A program made the translations under genes and the position numbers. The notes under the pieces are model-generated. The model was not told the DNA's origin. It did not search any database and saw nothing but the letters and a program-made list of their open reading frames with translations. Of a stretch of 64,000 nucleotides of DNA, positions 51,880 to 61,531 are shown in pieces (the first letter of the stretch is position 1; each line of letters starts with the position of its first letter). The DNA lies in NCBI GenBank assembly GCA_002691465.1, contig NZHP01000028.1:5263-69262 (forward strand), in the 5' to 3' direction. Source of the stretch: Gammaproteobacteria bacterium. GTDB taxonomy: Bacteria; Pseudomonadota; Gammaproteobacteria; Steroidobacterales; UBA11654.

Positions 51880-52542
51880 TTGAGCAAGAAAACGATTCAA
51901 CTCGATGATCATTTGTATCAGTATCTATTAGATATTTCTCTTAGAGAGCATGAAGTTCTCAAAAGCTTGAGGGGTGAAACCTTAAATCTTTCAGGATCTC
52001 AAATGCAAATATCTCCTGATCAAGGACAATTTATGGCATTTTTAGTTAGAGCGATAAGAGCAAATAAAATTCTCGAAATAGGAACATATACAGGGTATAG
52101 CGCTTTAGCTTGTGCTCTAGCAATGAACAATGGATCTTTGATCACTATAGACCGTGACCCGGTCATGACTGAAGTGGCAAGAAAGTATTGGAAGATGGCA
52201 AAAGTAGATCACCTCATAGATCTCATGCTTGATGATGCCATGAATGCACTTAATCATCTTGTATCGATAAATGAGCATCTAGAGTCTTTTGATATGATAT
52301 TTATTGATGCTGATAAAAGAAACTATCAAGCTTACTATGAACTATGTTTAGATCTTATCAGTAAAGATGGAGTCATTTTATTTGATAATGTATTGTGGAG
52401 TGGGGATGTAGCTGACCCCAATAATCAGGAGAAGGATACGATAGCCCTAAGGGAGCTAAATCAATTTTTATTAAATGATGATCGTGTAAATATCTCTATG
52501 ATTCCAGTTGGTGATGGCATAACCATGTTGCAAAGGAGGTAA
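51880..52542 (+). CDS. Class I SAM-dependent O-methyltransferase (caffeoyl-CoA OMT-like)
   Basis: MQISPDQGQF, LEIGTYTGYS, FIDADK, DNVLWSG and PVGDG motifs. Confidence 0.9.
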   Translation: MSKKTIQLDDHLYQYLLDISLREHEVLKSLRGETLNLSGSQMQISPDQGQFMAFLVRAIRANKILEIGTYTGYSALACALAMNNGSLITIDRDPVMTEVARKYWKMAKVDHLIDLMLDDAMNALNHLVSINEHLESFDMIFIDADKRNYQAYYELCLDLISKDGVILFDNVLWSGDVADPNNQEKDTIALRELNQFLLNDDRVNISMIPVGDGITMLQRR

Positions 52543-52545
52543 GAG

Positions 52546-52917
52546 ATGGACGAGTCTTTAAATGTTTTTGATGAACCGTTAGGCGATTGCAGCCTAAATC
52601 CTTTGACTGGTTTTTATAGAAATGGTTGTTGCGATACATCTGATGAGGATGGCGGTAGTCACACAGTATGTTGCATAATGACGACTGAATTCTTAGCTTT
52701 CAGCAAGTCTGTGGGTAACGATCTATCTTCTCCTTCGCCTGAGGCAGGTTTTGATGGGCTCAACCCAGGAGATCAATGGTGTCTCTGTGCACCAAGATGG
52801 CAACAAGCTTTTGAGGCAGATGCTGCGCCCAAAGTTTTACTCTCATCAACACATCGTGGAGCTCTTCAATATTGTCGCTTGGACGATTTAAAAAAATTTG
52901 CAGTTGATCTTAACTGA
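52546..52917 (+). CDS. DUF2237 family protein
   Basis: NVF.EPL..C..PLTGFYRNG.C, GNDLS.P and GDQWCLCA.RW motifs. Confidence 0.9.
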   Translation: MDESLNVFDEPLGDCSLNPLTGFYRNGCCDTSDEDGGSHTVCCIMTTEFLAFSKSVGNDLSSPSPEAGFDGLNPGDQWCLCAPRWQQAFEADAAPKVLLSSTHRGALQYCRLDDLKKFAVDLN

Positions 52918-52961
52918 GAAAAATAGTTAATTATCAATATTGGAATCACTATTTTGCATAT

Positions 52962-53546
52962 ATGAACACAGACACTACAAGCCAAGATCCAAATAGATTT
53001 TTTTGGTATGGCATTTTTATAGCCATTACAATTGTCTCAGCATTGCCACTTTTTGGAGCAAGACTAAGTAATCTTGGTATTAATTATCTTCTGCTTCTTT
53101 TTATTCATGAGTTTGCTGCCTTTCTTTTCTTTGGACACACTTTTTTTTCTAATATATGGGCGATGCAAATCAGATTTAATCAATCTAAGGAGGCAGGAAT
53201 ATGGGCAAGAGGATTCCTAAGAAAACTTGCAATGAGTGTGACATTAACTACCTCAATTATTATTCCTATCTCCGGCTTAATGTTGATTGAATCTTGGGGC
53301 GGTCTTCACGGAGCTCCTTGGGCTTGGAATGCATACCTAGCTTTCTGGCTGATGGCAGCAATTAGCATCACGCCAGACATGATTCGCTATGGACGAAACA
53401 GAAATGCAGATGATCCTAAACACGGCATGATAAGTGGAGCAATTCGAGGAAATCTTGCTCTCGTTCTCACTGTTTACATTATCTGCTGCATGGTCTTGAA
53501 GATCTCATGGATTACACCATTTTCAAAATTAGCGTATTTCGCCTAG
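52962..53546 (+). CDS. Hypothetical integral membrane protein
   Basis: Several hydrophobic helices; family not firmly recognised. Confidence 0.65.
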   Translation: MNTDTTSQDPNRFFWYGIFIAITIVSALPLFGARLSNLGINYLLLLFIHEFAAFLFFGHTFFSNIWAMQIRFNQSKEAGIWARGFLRKLAMSVTLTTSIIIPISGLMLIESWGGLHGAPWAWNAYLAFWLMAAISITPDMIRYGRNRNADDPKHGMISGAIRGNLALVLTVYIICCMVLKISWITPFSKLAYFA

Positions 53547-53549
53547 AAA

Positions 53550-54503
53550 TCAGCCATTCTCCATCGCATCTGTATTTGCGGCAGCTTCAGCAAGACCATC
53601 TTTTATGTTTTTTTGCTGAGAAATTGGATCATATTTTGGGCCATCACCTGGCTCAATAAACTGTTCCAATGGTTCAACTACATGATGACCATCAATAGCG
53701 CAAAATCTGGTAATTGAGTAACGTTCCCATTTTGTTGGAGGAACTCTATGAGGAGTCGCTTTGATGAGCCCATTTGTAATGACCTCTGTCATGTCACCAA
53801 TCATTAGAATTATTTCGTAACGGTCTGAATCAACATGCGTCCATTCACCATCAGGGTTCTTAAGTTCCGATCCTTTTTCAGATTGCGTGAGTAACGTAAA
53901 AACTTCATAGTCTGTGTGAGCACTGATACCAAAAAGATTTTCTTCTGGCTCTTCTTTAATCTCCGGATAAAAAATAAGACGCATCGTTGAAGGAGATTTT
54001 TCTGTCATTCGATCTGTGATAAAACCTTTTTCAATCTCAAGCATTTCTTCAATGGTTGACCCAATGATTTTTTCTAGGTTGGAGAAATCCAGATAATAAT
54101 CATAAACAGCTTTTTGAAATTCAGGCATCTTTGGCGGCCATAAGTTCGGCCCATAGTTCTCAAATTTATCATCCACTTCTTCTATTTCATAACACATGTC
54201 AAATGCAGAACACGTGGCTTTGGTTCCTGGCGAGTATGCGGGCTCTTCACCAGCTGGTGACCATCCTCGACCAAAGTGTGCGTATCTGTAATGCGTTGCT
54301 TGTTTTCTTTCATCAGTATCTTCCATGTTGTGAAAAATCTTCGATTGAGCATAAGCTTCATCAATGACTTCATTGGGTATGTTGTGATTAACAAGTAGGC
54401 AGAAACTATCGGAAATTAAGGCGTTTTTGAATTTTTTTAACTCATTTTCGCGATCATTTGGATTTGTTAAATCAGTGAGTTTTTCAACGTCAATTTTTTG
54501 CAT
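53550..54503 (-). CDS. 2-oxoglutarate/Fe(II) oxygenase, isopenicillin-N-synthase family
   Basis: LVNHNI, GPNLWP, facial triad HTD...H (ATPHRV) and RYS. Confidence 0.88.
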   Translation of the reverse strand: MQKIDVEKLTDLTNPNDRENELKKFKNALISDSFCLLVNHNIPNEVIDEAYAQSKIFHNMEDTDERKQATHYRYAHFGRGWSPAGEEPAYSPGTKATCSAFDMCYEIEEVDDKFENYGPNLWPPKMPEFQKAVYDYYLDFSNLEKIIGSTIEEMLEIEKGFITDRMTEKSPSTMRLIFYPEIKEEPEENLFGISAHTDYEVFTLLTQSEKGSELKNPDGEWTHVDSDRYEIILMIGDMTEVITNGLIKATPHRVPPTKWERYSITRFCAIDGHHVVEPLEQFIEPGDGPKYDPISQQKNIKDGLAEAAANTDAMENG

Positions 54504-54590
54504 GAGATTTCTCAGAAAATATCTATCGATAATTATTTGTAATGATCATATTATAAAATGAATCCAACACACAACATCATTTGCATAATT

Positions 54591-54893
54591 ATGGACAAAA
54601 GAATTATTGCTATCAAAGAGCGTCTAGAGGGTGACATCAATATAGTTTCTATAGACATCGAGGACCAGGGATATATGCACAAAGGACACACCGCTCACAC
54701 CGAAGGGAAAATGCATATTTGGGTTGAAATCGTTAGCGATGACTTTATCGATATGAATCCAATTCAAAGACATCAATTGATCTATACTATTCTGAGCGAG
54801 GAGTTAGAGGACGATCTGCATGCAATCTCACTTAATTTAATGACATCCAGTGAACTCGATAACAGCCACAACCATGCGGGAGAAAAAAAATGA
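54591..54893 (+). CDS. BolA family protein
   Basis: HKGH, IVSDDF...RHQLIY..L and LHAISL motifs. Alternative start 54558. Confidence 0.85.
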   Translation: MDKRIIAIKERLEGDINIVSIDIEDQGYMHKGHTAHTEGKMHIWVEIVSDDFIDMNPIQRHQLIYTILSEELEDDLHAISLNLMTSSELDNSHNHAGEKK

Positions 54894-55918
54894 CTGAAAT
54901 AGGCGTAGTTATGGAGCCCGTTCCTAAGTGCTCTTCTGAAATGGCAATTAGGATTGAGGACATGGGATTTGATTCAATACTTTGCCCAGACACACAGAAC
55001 TTGTCGGCCGATCCTTATGGACAACTATCTTTGATGGCTGATCGCACAAAAACAATTAAGTTGGGAACAGGAGTAACTCATCCAGTCACAAGAGCTACTG
55101 CAGTCACAGCATCCGCAATGGCAAGTTTGCAAGAGGAATCTGGCGGTAGAGCAATCTGCGGTATCGGAAGAGGGGATTCCTCAGCCGCACATATTGGTAA
55201 GCGACAAGCTACAACAAAAGAATTAAGAGATTGCATTCAAACGATTCAATCTTACTTTAGAGGAGAATCGATCGATGTGGGAACCATGCAATCGCCAATC
55301 CGTTGGATTGATCCCAACTTCATTCATCCGGTTCCCATGGATGTAGCATGCACCGGGCCAAAAACGATTCAGATGGCTTGCGAAGTTTCAGAAAGGGTTT
55401 CTTTTGCCGTTGGCAGTTCTTACGAAAGAGTTGCTTGGGCTATGGACACTGCGCTTGAGCACACAAAGAAGATAGGAAGAGAAAGGAATGAAATTAAAAT
55501 TGGAGCCTATATTAATCTGATATGTGATCCCAATGAAGAGAAAGCCATAGGCATGGCAAGAATGCTTGCAGGTCTTGTTGCACATTTTACAGCCATGAAA
55601 AATGCACCAGTTGATCATCTTCCTGCCTCTCTTCAAAAAATCTCAAATTCTTTGCAAACTGAATACGATATGAAAAATCATTCAAGCGAGAAAGGCTCAC
55701 ATCTAGAGTTGATTGATGATGATTTTATCGATTGGTTCACGATCTCTGGGCCCTCTGAAAAATGCATTGATCGCTTATCAGCCCTAATAGAACTTGGGCT
55801 TGATCACATTTATTTGTTAGGCGGCTCTCCAATAGCAGAGCCGAGAGATGCTCGTTTAAGAGCAATGGTAGATCAGACTGAGATTTTTGCTAATAAGGTT
55901 TTACCTCATTTCAAATAA
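54890..55918 (+). CDS. Luciferase-like (LLM) flavin-dependent oxidoreductase, Mer-like subgroup
   Basis: PDTQNL..DPY, LGTGVTHP.TR, GIGRGDS and TGPKT motifs. Confidence 0.85.
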   Translation: MTEIGVVMEPVPKCSSEMAIRIEDMGFDSILCPDTQNLSADPYGQLSLMADRTKTIKLGTGVTHPVTRATAVTASAMASLQEESGGRAICGIGRGDSSAAHIGKRQATTKELRDCIQTIQSYFRGESIDVGTMQSPIRWIDPNFIHPVPMDVACTGPKTIQMACEVSERVSFAVGSSYERVAWAMDTALEHTKKIGRERNEIKIGAYINLICDPNEEKAIGMARMLAGLVAHFTAMKNAPVDHLPASLQKISNSLQTEYDMKNHSSEKGSHLELIDDDFIDWFTISGPSEKCIDRLSALIELGLDHIYLLGGSPIAEPRDARLRAMVDQTEIFANKVLPHFK

Positions 55919-55919
55919 C

Positions 55920-58529
55920 TTAAAATTCATAATCAATCGAGAGATTTAGTAATCTTCCTCTGGGATCATGCAGTCTTGTGTCAAAACTAAAATCGGGCGC
56001 GTCATAGACCAGAGGTGCAGACTCATCGAAGGCGTTGATTAGATGCAGTCCCAGTTCAATTATCTGACCACTGACCGAAATATCTTTTGTGACACCTACG
56101 TCAAAGACTAAAAAAGAATCTATGTTATTTGTATAACCATTGTTCGTTGCTGACTCAGGAAGCGGTCTTTGATTTTCATATGAATCCAAATATCTCGCAT
56201 TAATAGAGTATCGTGTATCACCTATTCTTAAACCCATCAAAGCATTAAGTCTTAAGCGAGGCAGAGAATGTGTATGTGCATTGTAATTAAACCTCCCAAC
56301 TCTGTTTATCATTTTTGCAGAGTGACCTGCATCATCCTCTTCGTCATGCTCAGGAGTTAAGTATTCCAATAAATGAGTAGCATTGATGCCTAGATCAAAA
56401 ATTTGTCCGCTTTTAAATACTTTTCTATAGTCAACAGACAAATCAAGTCCTTTTACAATTGTCTTCTCTTCATTGAAAAACGTCGTTTTTACAGCGACGA
56501 TATCTCCGTATTCATTTCTTTGAATTGCCAAGCTACTTGGATTATCAAGAATTTTTGTTTGAGCATCTTCAAGCTCAAGACGATCTTTGTAGTCAATTTT
56601 CCAGAAATCCATTGAGACTGAAGTATTCTGATCAAATGACCATGACAGTCCGAGATTTGTATTAATTGAACTCGCGGGCTCCAATTCTGGATTTCCAAGC
56701 TGTATCACTCTCACAAACAAAGAAGTAGTTTGTTCGATCCCATTAATGACATCTCTAACACCACCTAGGGCGATCTCTGAGCTAAATAATTGCGCCATTG
56801 AGGGTGTTGAGAAAGATGTGCCAATTGAAGCTCTTATGTTTAAATTTTCAATTGGTCTGTAATTCAATGTTAGCTTAGGATCCAATGAGGATTCATCATC
56901 AACTTTTTCAAATCTTGATGCAAAAAGTAAGTCAATCCTTTCAGAGAAAATCTTTTCAAGTTCAAAAAATATCGCCTCTTTGTCTCGTTTTGCAAAAGTA
57001 TTTCTTCCCCCACCTAGAAATAGTAAGTCCGCACTTTTGATGAGGTCTCCATCAGAATCAAATTCAGCGCGAGATAGTTCGTTATAAGAGACATCCAGAG
57101 ATTCCTCACTGATTTGTATTCCCATGGCAAGATTATTTGTTCCTAATTTTGTTCTGAGTATTGCATCTATTGATGTGAGCTCACCAATCTTCAAGCTTTG
57201 TTCAGATCCCTTGATGTATTCGATCAGACTTGATGAATTAAGAAGAGGGTTAAATAGATTCCATGTCTCATTACCATTGGCTCCGCCCTTGCCAGCAATA
57301 GCCATTTCCATTCTAGAGTTAATTGTATCCGGTCTATTATGGAAATTTTTATGCTTACTTTTTGTAACAGATAATTCCAGATTTGCTTGATTTTCTAACT
57401 CAATATTCACAGATCCGCTGAAGTGATATTGATCGATGTCTTTTGGAGATATTGGGGAGGGAAATGCAGATCCTAGAGGCCTGCCATACCAAGTAACTGG
57501 GACATTGAATGGGCTACCCCCTTGTCCAGGTAAGATTTTTCTAGACATAAATGATAGTGCCGGATAAGAGGGTGATTGAGGGTTATCATTTACATCAATA
57601 CTTGCATCAATATATTTGAAATTAAAGCTTAAATTATCAATGTCTTTTTTATAACTGAGATAGAATTTTTCATGATCTTCATCATTTACGATATTGAATC
57701 GAGTGCCATAAAGAAACTTGCAAAATGGACCTTGAATTACACCTCCGTTTTGAAGACAGTTAGGGTCAGCAACCCAGTCTCCTTTGGAATATGAACCTAT
57801 ATAGTCTCCAGACGATACGCTATCAGCCTCCGAGACTTTAAACGTATTTCCAAGCGTGCTTAAACCGTTCTCTGCAATCTTAGGTATTTCAATTGATGGC
57901 AGGGCACTCCTTTTGAGGACATTGGCAGCAATGACAAGGTTTGAATCATTAAATCTTTTTCCATAGATGATTCCAAAAACATTATCTTTTTGGTCATAGT
58001 TCGTTGTTTCTTGCTGAGATAAATTCATCTTGAGTCCTTCGAAGTCATCCTCAGTAATGAAATTGATCACACCTGCAACAGCATCACTCCCATAAAGGGA
58101 CGTTGCCCCTTCTTTTAAGACTTCAACTCTATTCAAGGCAATCTCGGGAATGATATTGACATCGATGTAACCCTCTCCTTCATGCGATGGCGTGCCTGCA
58201 AATGTTTGTCTTTTCTGGTTAATTAGGACAAGAGTTGATGCATGATCGAGGCCTCTAAGTGTAATTGCTGCCATGCCTTGGTCTACACCATCAAGTGTAT
58301 TTGATTGAAAATGAGCTCCCGCAGCGCTGGCTAAGTATTTGCTGATTTCTCCAACCGTGCTGACATTCAAATTTTTGAAATCAGTTTGATCGATAATCTG
58401 AGTTCCGATGTCATTTGCTCTCGATCCAATATAACTGCCTGTGACCTTGATTTCTTCAATCTCTTCAGCATCCACTAAAGAAAATAAGCTGAAGAGGATT
58501 AAGAGTAATAGTTTAGATCTTATATTCAT
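55920..58529 (-). CDS. TonB-dependent receptor
   Basis: Signal peptide, EEIKVTGS TonB box, LRGL, RVEVLKEGA.SLYGSDAVAGVINFIT, GNPEL.P and terminal Phe. Confidence 0.95.
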   Translation of the reverse strand: MNIRSKLLLLILFSLFSLVDAEEIEEIKVTGSYIGSRANDIGTQIIDQTDFKNLNVSTVGEISKYLASAAGAHFQSNTLDGVDQGMAAITLRGLDHASTLVLINQKRQTFAGTPSHEGEGYIDVNIIPEIALNRVEVLKEGATSLYGSDAVAGVINFITEDDFEGLKMNLSQQETTNYDQKDNVFGIIYGKRFNDSNLVIAANVLKRSALPSIEIPKIAENGLSTLGNTFKVSEADSVSSGDYIGSYSKGDWVADPNCLQNGGVIQGPFCKFLYGTRFNIVNDEDHEKFYLSYKKDIDNLSFNFKYIDASIDVNDNPQSPSYPALSFMSRKILPGQGGSPFNVPVTWYGRPLGSAFPSPISPKDIDQYHFSGSVNIELENQANLELSVTKSKHKNFHNRPDTINSRMEMAIAGKGGANGNETWNLFNPLLNSSSLIEYIKGSEQSLKIGELTSIDAILRTKLGTNNLAMGIQISEESLDVSYNELSRAEFDSDGDLIKSADLLFLGGGRNTFAKRDKEAIFFELEKIFSERIDLLFASRFEKVDDESSLDPKLTLNYRPIENLNIRASIGTSFSTPSMAQLFSSEIALGGVRDVINGIEQTTSLFVRVIQLGNPELEPASSINTNLGLSWSFDQNTSVSMDFWKIDYKDRLELEDAQTKILDNPSSLAIQRNEYGDIVAVKTTFFNEEKTIVKGLDLSVDYRKVFKSGQIFDLGINATHLLEYLTPEHDEEDDAGHSAKMINRVGRFNYNAHTHSLPRLRLNALMGLRIGDTRYSINARYLDSYENQRPLPESATNNGYTNNIDSFLVFDVGVTKDISVSGQIIELGLHLINAFDESAPLVYDAPDFSFDTRLHDPRGRLLNLSIDYEF

Positions 58530-58604
58530 TATCTTTGTCTTGTATAAAATGCGATTTATTATAGTCTATGATTCTAGAAATCATAAATTCTGGATTAAAA
58601 AAAT

Positions 58605-59471
58605 ATGAAAAAATATTCAACTTTCATCCTTTTATTTGCATGCATGCTTTTCATTAAGTCGTCTCCTGTTTTTTCAGCTGATAAGTTATTGGTTGGGGTT
58701 CTTGGTGCGTCAGGCAGAACAGGCGTTCACATCATTGATCAGCTCAAACAAAGAGATGTCGATATAAGAGCCTTTTCAAGAAGAATTGAAGGAATTGATG
58801 ATTCAGCTTCTCTGAGCTGGGTCTTTGCAGATGTGACGGATGAAGAAAGCTTAAATGAAGCATTTAAAGACGTAGATATCATTATTTCTGCAATTGGTGC
58901 TGCTGGTGGAGATACTTCAGAAACTGTAGATTATTATGGAACGATCAATATCGTTGCATCGGCCAAGAAGAATAAGGTCAAGCAAATCATCTACATGTCA
59001 TCAATTGGGGCTGGTGGAGCTGAAAATATTTCCACTGTGATTTTAAATCTTCTAGCTGACAAAACCATGAAATGGAAGGCACTTGCTGAAGATGAGATTC
59101 GCAATAGCGGGATTCCATTTACAATTGTTCGGCCTGGAGGACTTGTTGGTGAGCCATTCTCTCAAGGTATAAAATTTTCTCAAGGCGATAAATTATTAGG
59201 ATGGATACCTAGAGAAGATGTTGCAGCCGTTCTGATTGAGTCAATTTTTAAAGATGGCGCTAAAAATAAGACATTTGAAGTCATTAATGATGACTCACTT
59301 CCAGTTGATGCATGGCGAAATGAGTTTGATTCTCTTGAGCTAAATCAATTTGGTGTGATTGCAAGCGGTGAATTACCGACTAGATATTGGTTAATGCCAT
59401 TATTGGTTTTGATTGCAATTATCTATTTGATCAGGAGAAGAAGAGCAAGGAAGTTAAACCACTCCCTCTGA
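58605..59471 (+). CDS. Atypical SDR / NAD(P)-binding protein with signal-like N-terminus and C-terminal TM anchor
   Basis: GASGRTG, VDYYG, K..AED.IR.SGIPFTIVRPGGL and IPREDVA motifs. Confidence 0.82.
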   Translation: MKKYSTFILLFACMLFIKSSPVFSADKLLVGVLGASGRTGVHIIDQLKQRDVDIRAFSRRIEGIDDSASLSWVFADVTDEESLNEAFKDVDIIISAIGAAGGDTSETVDYYGTINIVASAKKNKVKQIIYMSSIGAGGAENISTVILNLLADKTMKWKALAEDEIRNSGIPFTIVRPGGLVGEPFSQGIKFSQGDKLLGWIPREDVAAVLIESIFKDGAKNKTFEVINDDSLPVDAWRNEFDSLELNQFGVIASGELPTRYWLMPLLVLIAIIYLIRRRRARKLNHSL

Positions 59472-60659
59472 TTTATATTTTTCAATTTCCTCGGCTGTCT
59501 TGCCCAGCATATCCTCCAATACTTCAGAGGTGTGTTCGCTCAATTCTGGACCAGCCCATTCTGTTGTACCAGGCGTTTCTGTCAAAATAGGAAGCATTGC
59601 TGGAATTTGCAATGTTCTCCCATTGGCTTCGACCTCATGGAACATTCCTCTTGCTATGTAATGTTCATCATTAATCATATCTTCAACACTATAAATGGGT
59701 CCGGCGGGTACTGAAACATCGTCCATAATAGATAAAACTTCTTCGGCCGTATGCTTACGAGTCCATTCTTCGATGGCTGTATCTATGACTTTTTCGTGCA
59801 CAACACGCCCTTGATTTTCCTCGTACCTGTCATCTTCAGCCATATCGGGTCGATCGATTGCATTCATTAATCGTTTAAAAATGGAGTCTCCATTTCCCCC
59901 AATAATGACGTGCTTATCGTCAGATGTGATGTAGGTGTTTGTTGGAACAATACCTGTAATCGTTGATCCCGAAGGCTCCCTAACCGCACCACATCCGGAG
60001 TATTCAGGCACAACGGCTTCCATCATTTGGAATACCGATTCGTATATTGCAGCATCAACAACCTGACCTTTCTTTTCAGGATCTTTTTCTCTTTGGATAT
60101 ATGCCAGCATAACCCCCATTGCTGCGTGTAGTCCTGCTAGAGTATCACCAATGCTTAAATTGGGACGAACAGGCGGACGATCTGGAAAACCATTGACATA
60201 CCTAAAACCACCAAAGCCTTCACAAACTGAGGCATAACCTGGAAGATGTGAGCGAGGCCCTGTTTGACCGTAGCCCGATATCCGTGCAGTGATCAGACCA
60301 GGATTTTCTTTTTTTAATTCGTCCGGACTCATTCCCCATTTTTCCAAAGTGCCTGGCTTAAAATTTTCGATCAAAACATCAGATTTTAAAATTAAGTCTT
60401 TGGCTACCTGTCTGCCTTCATCAGATTTTAGATTCAGCGTGATTGATTTTTTATTTCTTGAAACGCTGTGCCACCAATACGAGGTATTGTTCTCTGTTAG
60501 ACGCCAATATCTAACAGGATCTCCCGTGGGAGGTTCAATTTTGATGACTTCAGCACCAAAATATCCAAGAACGCTCCCAGTGAAAGGTCCAGCAATAAGC
60601 TGACCCATTTCAATGACTCTCATTCCGTCTAAAGGTCTCTTTTTATTCACACTTGTCAT
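59454..60659 (-). CDS. Family III CoA-transferase (CaiB/BaiF)
   Basis: IAGPF, GAEVIKIEPP.GD, RNKKSI, ENFKPG, ISGYGQTGP and catalytic IGD. Confidence 0.92.
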   Translation of the reverse strand: MTSVNKKRPLDGMRVIEMGQLIAGPFTGSVLGYFGAEVIKIEPPTGDPVRYWRLTENNTSYWWHSVSRNKKSITLNLKSDEGRQVAKDLILKSDVLIENFKPGTLEKWGMSPDELKKENPGLITARISGYGQTGPRSHLPGYASVCEGFGGFRYVNGFPDRPPVRPNLSIGDTLAGLHAAMGVMLAYIQREKDPEKKGQVVDAAIYESVFQMMEAVVPEYSGCGAVREPSGSTITGIVPTNTYITSDDKHVIIGGNGDSIFKRLMNAIDRPDMAEDDRYEENQGRVVHEKVIDTAIEEWTRKHTAEEVLSIMDDVSVPAGPIYSVEDMINDEHYIARGMFHEVEANGRTLQIPAMLPILTETPGTTEWAGPELSEHTSEVLEDMLGKTAEEIEKYKSEGVV

Positions 60660-61525
60660 TTGTTTTCATCCTTAATATTTTCTTGATACCATTTTTTAAT
60701 TCCTGCTCCTATCTCATTTGGAGAATCCTCTTGAATGAAATGGATACCTTCAACAGTGATTTCACTCTGATTATGCCAAGTTCTGCAGAAATCACGAACA
60801 GACCCTTGTATGATTGCACCAGGTTCAGCATTGATGAAGAGTTTAGGGAGATTATTTTTACTCATCCATTCAGAATATTCACTTACTATTTTACACACAT
60901 TTTCTGGCTGTCCTTCGATGGGAATTTCCCTGGGCCAGCTAAGCATGGCTCTTCTATCTTCTCCTGAATGAAAAAATGGCTCTCTATAGATCCCCATTTC
61001 GTCATCATCAAGATCTCTAATGATTGATCCCGTAAGAATTTTCTCAATAAAAACGTTTTTTTGAAGAATCAATTCTTCCCCAGCATCAGATCTTAAGGCT
61101 TGAAAAAGACCACGACTTTGTTCATTCCATTCATCCCATTTGAGCTCTTTGACAATCCCTTCCATGTAAGCGATACCCTCAATTCTATTTTGGTTATGAA
61201 ATGCCCAGTGGAATCCAAGAGCGGAACCCCAATCATGAAGAACAAGAGTGATTTTCTCATTAGGTATAACTTTTTCTATTGCCTGATTGATGTAGTGAAA
61301 GTGTTCCTCGAATTTATAAGAATCTGGACCCGAGTCATCCAATTTATCCGACTTGCCCATTCCAATTAAATCAAAGACAAAACACGATGCGACCGATTCA
61401 AGGTGGGGAGTAATATTTCTCCATAGGTATGACGAAGTTGGGTTTCCGTGAAGAAAAACAATCGGAGTACCATTGCCCGATTGATTGTAGGCAATATTTT
61501 TACCATTTATATTGACGTGCTTCAC
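60656..61525 (-). CDS. Haloalkane dehalogenase (DhaA/LinB type)
   Basis: FLHGNPTSSYLWRNI, DLIGMG.SDK, HDWGS, YME, WPREIP and HFIQED motifs. Confidence 0.9.
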   Translation of the reverse strand: MKHVNINGKNIAYNQSGNGTPIVFLHGNPTSSYLWRNITPHLESVASCFVFDLIGMGKSDKLDDSGPDSYKFEEHFHYINQAIEKVIPNEKITLVLHDWGSALGFHWAFHNQNRIEGIAYMEGIVKELKWDEWNEQSRGLFQALRSDAGEELILQKNVFIEKILTGSIIRDLDDDEMGIYREPFFHSGEDRRAMLSWPREIPIEGQPENVCKIVSEYSEWMSKNNLPKLFINAEPGAIIQGSVRDFCRTWHNQSEITVEGIHFIQEDSPNEIGAGIKKWYQENIKDENK

Positions 61526-61531
61526 AATTTT

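Noticed and set aside
51692..55918. Genomic island integrated at tRNA-Lys
   Set aside because: No integrase and no duplicated tRNA 3' end seen in the window.
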